Source: Savitreella phatthalungensis (Eukaryota). Taken from it: 64,000 nt of DNA. Below, one piece after another: positions 55,726 through 64,000 of the stretch. The stretch is taken from the NCBI GenBank assembly GCA_051599415.1, contig AP039695.1, positions 248,001 through 312,000 on the forward strand. Reading direction: 5' to 3'. Within the stretch, counting starts at the first letter, position 1; each line of letters opens with the position of its first letter. Under the pieces are notes generated by a model, which did no database searches, was not told the DNA's origin, and saw only the letters and a program-made list of their open reading frames with translations. The position numbers and the translations under genes were made by a program.

Positions 55726-57264
55726 ATGGCTGTGGCCACGATCCAGAGTTCAACGACGCGTCGAACGATCGGCACGTCTACAGATGATCTGCCAACGATA
55801 GCGGCCGGACACACCGTCCTCATTCGGCTCCCATCGAATCAGATCAAGCCAGTCATCTTGAAAGCAGGCTCACACAGCTGCTCACTCGGCAAGTTTGGCG
55901 TATTTGACCCTCAAAAATTCGTCGGACATCCGTACGGGCTGACATACGAGATTCTGGAAGACAAAGCAGTGCGCGTGCTCGAAGGTCAGACGATAAAATC
56001 GATCGAGCAGGACGAAGCGGAGGACGATGATGAGGAGATTGTAGTTGCGGAGGAAGTCGAGCTCGGTCGTACCACGCCGAACAACGAGTTTATCAATGAT
56101 GAGAACTCACGCAATCAGTCACTATCTCACGAGCAGATCGCAGCACTCAAAGACAGCGGCGACCGCGAAGCCCTGATCGAACTACTCAAACGCAACAGCC
56201 GCACGTTCGGCCTCAAGACCGACTTCTCAAAGGACAAGTACATGGCTCGCAAACGCGCAAAGTACTCGAGGCGATTTGCGACTATAGTTCCATCGCTATT
56301 CGAGGTGCTGGAGTTCCTGAGTGAGAAGGAAGGCGGGCTGAAATTTCCCGTAAGTGCTGAGAGCTTTGGGTATCTGCTCAACATGGCTGACGTGCGGCCA
56401 GGTGGGACGTACCTGGTGGTTGAGGATCTCGGTGGTCTAGTGACTGCTGGTGTACTTGAACGAGGCGGGAAAGTGTTGCTGGTGCACGAGTCGGAGCACT
56501 ACAACGCGGACAACCTAAAGTACTTTGCCCAGTATGACGTCGATGAGCTTGTGCGGACGGGACGCATCCAGTCGCTCAACTGGGCGCAAGCTGTAGACGC
56601 CGAGCTCGAGCTACAAGAGATCGTCCACTACATCGACACACATGGACCGATCGCCACGAAGCGACGGCAGCGCGAGAAGCTCGGCAAACGTCGAGGACTG
56701 CACAAGACGCTCGAGAAGTTCGTTGCCGGCGGGTTTGACGGGTTGATCTGTGCTTGCGAGTTGCCAGCCACAGCAGTCGTCGAGGCACTCTTGCCACGAG
56801 TCGGGCTTTCGCGTAAGCTGGCAGTCTATCACGCGTATCGCGAGCCTCTTCTTGAGCTACGCCACGCACAAGGCCTCCTGGCCGATTCGCTCATTGCACA
56901 GTCAATCGTCGAGCTTCGCGCACGTGAGATCCAGGTCATTCCTGGCCGTACCCGACCTGTCATGACAAAGTCTGCAGAGTGGGGCCACGTCTTCCATGCT
57001 ATCAAGGTGCTCAAAGACGACTCGGTCGAGGCGAGCGCAGCTGTACAATCGGGCAAGCGCAAGCGCAAAGGTCCTCGAGATCCTCAGATCGATTTAGTCG
57101 ACGACAACGATGAAGGAGACAAAATGACGGGCACAGATCCAGGCACGGAAACTGCTATCAAGCGCGTGCGCACCGAGTCGGATGATCTGACGCACGACAA
57201 GGAAGAGCGAGAGCAAGAGCACAAGAATATTCCCATGGCAACGGCTGGAGAATCAATGGTTTAG
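55726..57264 (+). CDS. TRM6: tRNA m1A58 methyltransferase non-catalytic subunit Trm6/Gcd10
   Basis: SLGKFG, GHPYGLTYEI, NQSLSHEQIAALK, TFGLKTDFSKDKYM.RK.KY, and QVIPGRTRPVM. Confidence 0.93.
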   Translation: MAVATIQSSTTRRTIGTSTDDLPTIAAGHTVLIRLPSNQIKPVILKAGSHSCSLGKFGVFDPQKFVGHPYGLTYEILEDKAVRVLEGQTIKSIEQDEAEDDDEEIVVAEEVELGRTTPNNEFINDENSRNQSLSHEQIAALKDSGDREALIELLKRNSRTFGLKTDFSKDKYMARKRAKYSRRFATIVPSLFEVLEFLSEKEGGLKFPVSAESFGYLLNMADVRPGGTYLVVEDLGGLVTAGVLERGGKVLLVHESEHYNADNLKYFAQYDVDELVRTGRIQSLNWAQAVDAELELQEIVHYIDTHGPIATKRRQREKLGKRRGLHKTLEKFVAGGFDGLICACELPATAVVEALLPRVGLSRKLAVYHAYREPLLELRHAQGLLADSLIAQSIVELRAREIQVIPGRTRPVMTKSAEWGHVFHAIKVLKDDSVEASAAVQSGKRKRKGPRDPQIDLVDDNDEGDKMTGTDPGTETAIKRVRTESDDLTHDKEEREQEHKNIPMATAGESMV

Positions 57265-57881
57265 CTGTACCGTCGTTGGAGGATTGCGTGCCCATCACGC
57301 CATTTTTGCACGCCTTCAAGTGGATGATCGACGCAACTCAGAATTATCAATCTGAACAAGGACAAAATTTTCAACTCCGATTTTTCCAACCATTTACCCA
57401 GTCAAATGGAACCTGGAATTGGACAGTCAGCATGTACAGGATCACAGAGTCTCAGGGATGAGGCAAACAAGCTCTCCATTCAGAGACAGGACAGGCCAAA
57501 GATACGCGGGTCAAATGGATCGTCTACGCTCACTTCATTGGCCGCCATTGATTGATTCCTATCAAGTGATTTGCCCAGGACAAACACTCCCTTCACTCGC
57601 ATGTCCTGCCCATCCCCGCGATTGCTCCCCGGGGTGCGGATACAGAGGTCAAAGCATCGGCTCGTATGTAACAGTCTCGTGGCCTTGCACCATCCCGTGG
57701 AGATGGCGCAATTCACCAGATCCTGGAACGTTGTGTGGTAGCCTTGTCACGGGCTCACTGAGAAGTGACTTGCAAGTCACCTGAACCGGATCATCTATGC
57801 ACCAGGCAGGCACTCAAAAACCTTCTCTTTTCCCGAAGTCATCAGACACACACGTCAGACCAACTGCGCATCACAGTCAAC

Positions 57882-59267
57882 ATGCCCGCTGCAGTGCTGC
57901 TTCATGATGACAAGCACTATCGTTTCACGACGGACGCTGCACTACACGAGCACCCACAGCGGACGCGAGAGGACCAAGTGGTGATCGGTGTCGAGAGCAT
58001 CGGCCTAAATCCGATCGATTGGAAGTGCAATGTGTACGGCTTTGGGGTGTACCACTTCCCCTGGATCTCTGGCAGAGAATGTTCTGGCGTAGTGCTCGAG
58101 GTAGGCTCGAACGTCGATCCTTCGAGGCTTCAGGTCGGTGACCGTGTCGCCGTCGCCTCCACAAACTACCGCGACAACAGAACATCCACCTACCAAGAAC
58201 GCTGCATCGCTCTCGCCGAAAACTGTATACGCATCCCAGACTCAGTGTCATTCGAGCAGGCAGCCGCGCTCGGTGTCGGCTTCGTCTCTGCATATGCTTC
58301 ACTCTACGACTCGATGAGAATTCCGATTGAACCTTCGGCATCTGTCGGAGACAAAGGTCAGCGCGACTGGATTCTGATTTGGGGCGGCGCGACTGTCACA
58401 GGTCTACTGGCAGGCCAATTGGCCAGACATTCAGGCCTGCGTGTCATCACTGCCTCGTCACCGCGCAACTTCCAGATCCTGTCGGAACTCGGTGTTGAGG
58501 AGACCCTGGATCGAGGTGCACCTGACACGGTCGTCCAGCGAGCTAGGGAGCTCGGCGTCAAGTACGTTCTCGACTGTGTGGGCGACAAGACAGGACTGTT
58601 TGGGATCGAGGCGCTGTCTCGATCAGGGTCGATTGCCGGCTCGTCAGGCCGGTCTTCCCCGCGACGTCGAACCTCGTCCACCGGCTCTTCCACACACGAC
58701 GACCCCGGCGCAGAATCTGACAACACCTCCTACTCAGACACAGAAGACCCCATCCGCGTCTTCGTACCCCTTGTCAAGGCACCTAAGCTCCGCAAGCTCT
58801 CGGAGGTCGATGGGGACCTGCTGTCTGGCGGGAAGTCGGATGACGCTTTGGTAAGATCGTTCAATCGGACTGACCTTGAGCGCGGGCCGGATGGGAAACC
58901 TCTGCCGCCCGTGTACGATGACCTCGCAATCCGACTTGGCGAAGTCGTCGTCAAGAGGTTCCACGAGCACCCAGACACTGTCGGTAGAAGGGTGACTTCC
59001 CTCGCAGAGCGACTTCTCGCTTCTGGATTCCTCCGACCACCACCCATCAGGAAATTCGGTGGCGGGTTGGGAGGGATCAATGCAGGATTGGATGCGTTGC
59101 AGCGTGGGGAGGCATCGTGTGAGAAGTTCGTTGTCAACGTACGCGATACTCCAGACTATCAAATTCCAGTGTACCCGACATCGTCGAGGGACAGGACACA
59201 GGCACCTGCACCTGCGCAAGGGCGCGATTTTGTGACAGAGGCACTCCAGGATCTTCAGGTCGTTTGA
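57882..59267 (+). CDS. MDR-superfamily zinc-independent enoyl-reductase-like oxidoreductase
   Basis: IGLNPIDWK, GRECSGVV, VGDRV, SFEQAAALGVG, ILIWGGATVTG (NADPH binding), ASSPRNF and EKFVV. Two low-complexity insertions. ATG at 57882. Confidence 0.9.
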   Translation: MPAAVLLHDDKHYRFTTDAALHEHPQRTREDQVVIGVESIGLNPIDWKCNVYGFGVYHFPWISGRECSGVVLEVGSNVDPSRLQVGDRVAVASTNYRDNRTSTYQERCIALAENCIRIPDSVSFEQAAALGVGFVSAYASLYDSMRIPIEPSASVGDKGQRDWILIWGGATVTGLLAGQLARHSGLRVITASSPRNFQILSELGVEETLDRGAPDTVVQRARELGVKYVLDCVGDKTGLFGIEALSRSGSIAGSSGRSSPRRRTSSTGSSTHDDPGAESDNTSYSDTEDPIRVFVPLVKAPKLRKLSEVDGDLLSGGKSDDALVRSFNRTDLERGPDGKPLPPVYDDLAIRLGEVVVKRFHEHPDTVGRRVTSLAERLLASGFLRPPPIRKFGGGLGGINAGLDALQRGEASCEKFVVNVRDTPDYQIPVYPTSSRDRTQAPAPAQGRDFVTEALQDLQVV

Positions 59268-59333
59268 GATGGATATACATAGGCATAGAATTTCGTCGTA
59301 GACTGGGGACTTTTTATCCGGAAAGAGACAAAT

Positions 59334-61418
59334 CTATACACTCTTCTGTTTCTTGCGCTCGTTCCAATTCAGCTTTGTCGAGATGGACTCGAACCAGTCT
59401 GCAGTCTGCTTGCTCTTCAGGCAGGTCGGGAACGGGTACCTGGACGCCGTCACTCGGACGTAGTCGCCTTGTCTGAGTTCGACGCGGTTGCGACCGTCAA
59501 ATGACGCCCAGGCGGTCGATCTAGAGTCGTACCCGACTGCCACACGCAGCGTCATGCTGTCAGGTACCAGCAGCGGCCGGAAAGACAGCGTGTGTGGACA
59601 GATTGGCGAGATCAGGATGGCTGGGATCTCCGGGTGACAGAGTGGTCCTCCGGCAGACAGCGAGTAAGCAGTCGACCCTGTCGGTGTCGAGATCACGACT
59701 CCATCTGCAGCAATTGATGTAAGGTGCTCGTCGTCGCCGTAAAGCTCTGTACTGGACATGAATGGGTTCGGTCCACGATCAACCACCAAGTCATTAAGGA
59801 CGGTGAATGAGACGTCAGGGTAATGCGTCGGTTGGTGGTGTTGACGGGTGACGGTCCCGGAGCCACTGGTGCTCGAGGTCGTGCTACTACTGCTGGAGTG
59901 GTGTTGATTATGGTCACGTGGATTCGAGGGCGGGGAGGTGCTTCCTTGAGCGCTGCCGTCAAGTTGGCGCTGAGAGCCTGTCTGCTCCCGAGCGGTGTCT
60001 TCTCCTTGGTGATCGAGCTTGATGATGTCCTCGTGGAGATCTTTTGCATCGAAGGCGTAGGAGTCATCTCTGTGACGCCTGGCCCGATAGACGACGCACT
60101 CGATTCTCATCCTCAAGGCAGCTGTCACGCCTTCGTTCAGCACACTGACGACATCTCGCTCAAAATCGGTAAAGTCGAACATGGTGAGAAAGCCGAGTGA
60201 GCCAAGAGCGAACGAGAGTACTGGCGGCACGATCCGCTGGAAGAGCCAACTACTGTAAAGCACGGTACCATCGCCGCCGAGCGTGATGACAAAGTCGAAG
60301 AGCTGCGGCGACTTTAGACAGAGCTCTTGCGTCCAAAACTTGAGTTTGCCAGGGTAGTTCTTGGAGCGGAGGTCCTTGACGAATGATTCCTTTTCAAGCT
60401 TATCCTCCAGGTAGATTGTGTATCCTCGACCGGACTCGCGGGCAGGCGCAGATTGTGGGCCATTCGTTGTTGTCGAGTTCTGTGGTGGCGTCGACGACGC
60501 TGGTGCAGGCTGACCTCCATTACCATGCTTGTCTTTACGTTGTTGTAGCAGCCACTCGGTGATTTTGTGAGACATGTCAACAAGCTGGTTGTCCCCTGGT
60601 TTGGTGACGATCAGCACGTGATGAATGTTGAGCTTCAAACGTGCAGAGCCGAGGTGTTTTGACAGTTCTCGCACACCGAGAGCCATGTCACTGATCTCCT
60701 TTTTCGACAATTGGGTGAAGAGATCCTTCTTCGTTGTCTCTGCATCTCGGAAGCGCGAGGGCGAGTCTGATCGTGAAGATGGTTCGCTCTGCGCGGCGCT
60801 GATACTCGATTTCTCAAATCCTCGTTGAACTTCGAGTAAGGAATGAACGAAGCAGGCTGTGCGCTTGTACCTGCGGCTTACACTAGAACGTCGCCGATTG
60901 TTGTTGGAATTGGTGTTGGCGGGCCCGAAGTTCTTGTCATCAATGCTCGATCGACGTGAATGGTCCGCACTGCGGTTCTCTACTGCTCCATTTCCAAGAA
61001 GTGATGGCGTGCCTAGCGAACTACGACGATCAGGAGTTGGCATGCCTGATCGCTTGTCAGGTAGATCGCCCGCTTGATCCCGAAGCTCATCTGTTTCCTC
61101 TGGATCCTCTCCGCTCCTTTCATACTCTTCGTCTCTGCTCTTGCTCTGTCGGAGCTGACGATGCCGAGAATGATCACGAGCGCGATGATTGCTGTGAGAT
61201 CGGCCTCTAGGTTGTTGGTGAGCCGAAGCAGCTTCAGCTTCAGCTACGTCACGATCTTGACCTTCCGAGTCGGACTGTGGCGGATGGTCGATATGCGAAA
61301 CTGTTTCTGCTGCAGAGTCACACAGTTGGTGATGCAATTGACTGGGGAGATTGACGCGCTCATCGTTCTTGTCCTGCAAGATGTTCGCGCGGTGTGGAAC
61401 ACGAGCGTTGTCGTCCAT
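59334..61418 (-). CDS. UTR1: ATP-NAD(H) kinase, cytosolic Utr1/Yef1 type
   Basis: TACFVHSLL, ITLGGDGTVL, GSLGFLT, VLNDLVVDRG, ADGVVISTPTGSTAYSLSAGG and PICPHTLSFRP. Confidence 0.95.
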   Translation of the reverse strand: MDDNARVPHRANILQDKNDERVNLPSQLHHQLCDSAAETVSHIDHPPQSDSEGQDRDVAEAEAASAHQQPRGRSHSNHRARDHSRHRQLRQSKSRDEEYERSGEDPEETDELRDQAGDLPDKRSGMPTPDRRSSLGTPSLLGNGAVENRSADHSRRSSIDDKNFGPANTNSNNNRRRSSVSRRYKRTACFVHSLLEVQRGFEKSSISAAQSEPSSRSDSPSRFRDAETTKKDLFTQLSKKEISDMALGVRELSKHLGSARLKLNIHHVLIVTKPGDNQLVDMSHKITEWLLQQRKDKHGNGGQPAPASSTPPQNSTTTNGPQSAPARESGRGYTIYLEDKLEKESFVKDLRSKNYPGKLKFWTQELCLKSPQLFDFVITLGGDGTVLYSSWLFQRIVPPVLSFALGSLGFLTMFDFTDFERDVVSVLNEGVTAALRMRIECVVYRARRHRDDSYAFDAKDLHEDIIKLDHQGEDTAREQTGSQRQLDGSAQGSTSPPSNPRDHNQHHSSSSSTTSSTSGSGTVTRQHHQPTHYPDVSFTVLNDLVVDRGPNPFMSSTELYGDDEHLTSIAADGVVISTPTGSTAYSLSAGGPLCHPEIPAILISPICPHTLSFRPLLVPDSMTLRVAVGYDSRSTAWASFDGRNRVELRQGDYVRVTASRYPFPTCLKSKQTADWFESISTKLNWNERKKQKSV

Positions 61419-61954
61419 GGTTGTTGGAAAGTTCCGAGACTCTGGTCGCTGCAGAGATGTTTCTGCCTCTTATGGAAAAAGCGATAGATGTGGATGCTTG
61501 CAGTAGGCTGAAGGGCTCACGAGGGACATGTCATGCGGAGAGACAACATGCTGATTCGATGCTTGAAACAGAGCGGAAGAAGCCTGGAAAGGAATGCTTG
61601 CTAGTGAAGATGATAAATTGATCGCGATCACTTGACGCTTGAGAAAGTGTCTCTTGCTTGATTGTATCGTCTGAAGCTTCACTTGAGGGAACAAGCCAGC
61701 AAGTAGGTAAGGCAAGAGAGTGGGAAAGCTGATGGTGATGTGGAATTTGTATCCTGGTTGTTTAAGTCCGCCTGAGGAGGATCTACAAGTCAGTTCTGTA
61801 CTGATGACTGCATGTAGACTACGATGACTCGTGCATAGATGCCAATTGATTGAATACGTAACTGCATGTGTGTGTGTTCATTAAACAATAAAGCACAAGC
61901 ACAGAAAGGATCGATGTCTACTGTAGCCAGCTATAGGTGGGTGAGTAGGTGAGT

Positions 61955-61969
61955 GGGTGGGTGGGTGGG
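61955..61969 (+). other. Canonical G-quadruplex motif (GGGT)3GGG within a GGGT/GAGT microsatellite
   Basis: GGGTGGGTGGGTGGG read directly, about 540 bp upstream of the NAD kinase ATG. Confidence 0.7.
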
Positions 61970-63080
61970 TGAGTGGCTGATGGGAGGTCAGAAGTACAAT
62001 AACATCTGAAATATCTGAAATAAATTGATCAAATGCTTACATGGATATATTTGATACAAATGAATTTCAAGCAGAACATACTCTCTAATTAAGCCGTTTG
62101 ACCCATCCACGCTTTTTGTTTAGTTCTTTTCGAATCCATCTGCTGGGAGATCGGCTGAAGCTAGGTGAATCATTTCTACATATGTGTTGGAGTATAGTTC
62201 ATAACTCAACGTGCAGATCGTCTCCATCCCCACTCTCCCAGATTGGAATACTTGCATGGACTGTGCTCCGGAACAGCTTAATACTGGTAGATCGCTTCAG
62301 ACCGTTGATGGAGGAGACTCTTGAAGGTTTGTGAGTGGAAACTCCATGCATACTAGGCGTGTAAGCGAGTGATTTGTAGTATTTTGAGAGAGAGAGACCG
62401 GCAAACCTGTCAGATCGTCATTCTTGCCAGATCTCATGCCGCGGCTGGGAACGAGTCAGGCAGAATGCCAGACAGACAGTTTTACCCTGTCAGCACGAAC
62501 GACACGGCAACAGATGGACCGTGATACATGACCGAGGGGATGAATTACGGGCTCATGTGAGTCACGGCACGGTAGGACACAACATGACACAAACGAGTAT
62601 TTTGCGCAGTGGAGCCAGACTGCTTGTGCTTGTGCTTGTCTTGACCAAGCTGATTGCAAGCTCTGTCCGACTGACTTCGATCAACGGATCCGGTACAGGT
62701 GTGTCTGTTCCCGGCTCTCGTTGTGGTTTTTTGATTGTGGTGTGGACAGGAAAATCAAAGTCACGGGCATAAAACGGTCAAGCGGATCAAAGGGCGCGCG
62801 GAAGGATCTCGAAAGATGCAGATGGTCTGCAGTAATTTGTATTGGTGGGGTGCGTGTGAGTGCGTTGACAAAGGAGACTGATGAGAATCTTGCCTCCGTG
62901 AAGGATGCATATGTCAATTCTCCAAAATCCCCAAAGTCGTCGCAGCGTCTCCACAAAACCTTGTTCCACGCTCAGCGGCAGGATAGATCCTACTGTCGCT
63001 GTAGATGGCATAGCTTTCAGCTTGTGAAGTTTATACCTTCAGAAATGCGCACGAACCCTCAACTAGAAGGACAAAAGTGC

Positions 63081-63671
63081 TTATGCATCAACCTGCTGCA
63101 CGTCGGCAACCTGCTGGTCGATCTTGGCCTGAATACGGGCCTGACGCCTCTCACGGGCGGCCTTTGCGCGTGTGCGGCGAGCCTCCTGTGTGTCGGCAAT
63201 GTGCTTGGCACGGGTCTCCTCCGACTTGGCCTGGTGGATGTGCTCGATCAGGGCACGCTTGTGCTTGAAGGCGTTACCCTTTGCAGCAGCGTACAGAGTG
63301 TGGTAAAGGTGCTTGGTGATCTTGCCGGCGTCACGGTACTTGCGCAGCAAACGACGGAGAATGCGCTGGCGACGCATCCACTGCACGGATGTGCGGAGAC
63401 GTGCCTCCGATGTACCCTGACGCTTACCAGTACCAGAGTGACGGCCAAGACGCTTGGCAGCGTGCATCTCCCTCACGCGAGCGCGGCTGTGGACGACAGC
63501 AGGCTTCTTGATGATCAGGCCATCCTTGATCAGCTTGCGAATGTTCTGGCGAGAGTTGGCGTTGGCAATTTCGGTCTGTTCATTTGGGTCGAGCCAGACT
63601 TTTCTCTTGCCAACCTTGAGGCAGGCAGCTGCGAGACGCTTCTGCGACTTGAGGTTTGTCGAGCCAGCCAT
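63081..63671 (-). CDS. RPL19: 60S ribosomal protein L19 (eL19), apparently intronless
   Basis: [52 protein letters not shown] and [11 protein letters not shown]. Confidence 0.98.
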   Translation of the reverse strand: MAGSTNLKSQKRLAAACLKVGKRKVWLDPNEQTEIANANSRQNIRKLIKDGLIIKKPAVVHSRARVREMHAAKRLGRHSGTGKRQGTSEARLRTSVQWMRRQRILRRLLRKYRDAGKITKHLYHTLYAAAKGNAFKHKRALIEHIHQAKSEETRAKHIADTQEARRTRAKAARERRQARIQAKIDQQVADVQQVDA

Positions 63672-64000
63672 TATGTATATGTGTGTCGAGTGGTTAGTTC
63701 TCTATGCGACGACAAGAAGTCAATCTTCTGGTGCTAGATTGGCACGATGGTGTGCAAGAGGCGGTTCCTTGGTAGAGGTAGGACACTGCCTGCCCAGCAG
63801 GACGCAATCCAGACTCACGTTCGGGCTGAGACGTGATGGTCCGTGTAGTGGATTGTAGGTCGATAGGATAGTGGACAAGCCGAGCAAGTGACTCTCGGGA
63901 GAGCAGCGCAGTGATCGAGTGACTGCCTGGGCAGCTTCCCAACCGACGAATTCGATTGAGCGTGTGAAAAGATCAAGCGCCTTGAATTTATTCCTTCGAA

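Noticed and set aside
63672..63700. CTAAC branch-like motif just 5' of RPL19 suggesting an intron
   Set aside because: No suitably placed AG acceptor before the in-frame ATG, and the ORF is complete without splicing.
62721..63737. 338-aa ORF antisense to RPL19
   Set aside because: Shadow ORF caused by codon bias, with a non-ATG start.
63918..63925. CAGTCACT (minus strand), HomolD-like box upstream of RPL19
   Set aside because: One mismatch to CAGTCACA/G and about 250 bp from the ATG. Too weak to call.

Overview
Fungal (ascomycete) nuclear DNA. It is gene-dense and intron-poor, with GC-rich third codon positions and short GT-AG introns with CTRAC/CTRAT branch points. This style resembles Taphrinomycotina, which is inference only. 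I annotate 26 protein-coding genes. The housekeeping backbone is cofilin, Hsp70 (SSA), NDUFA8, Nup57, CYSTM, alpha-tubulin, Rad57, thymidylate synthase, Apn2, a bHLH factor, Nop2, Ede1, Cwc27, Trm6, NAD kinase and Rpl19. Accessory blocks interrupt it: (i) two tandem divergent secreted subtilases plus a GT31 glycosyltransferase (12.3-17.3 kb); (ii) a head-to-head pair of orphan proteins with possible Myb-like N-termini (18.6-22.3 kb); (iii) a gene-sparse ~20 kb island (35.4-55.4 kb). The island encodes a single-chain LCB2-LCB1-type PLP alpha-oxoamine synthase lying tail-to-tail with a 7-TM GPCR, a divergent OLE1-type acyl-CoA desaturase, a Pth11-like receptor and a GFA/CENP-V protein, with no PKS in the window. 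The top hypothesis is a lipid (aminoketone/sphingoid-like) signal synthase-plus-receptor module, conceptually like bacterial CqsA/CqsS. I recognised no rRNA, tRNA, transposon or CRISPR array. All calls rest on motif recognition by eye; no searches were run.
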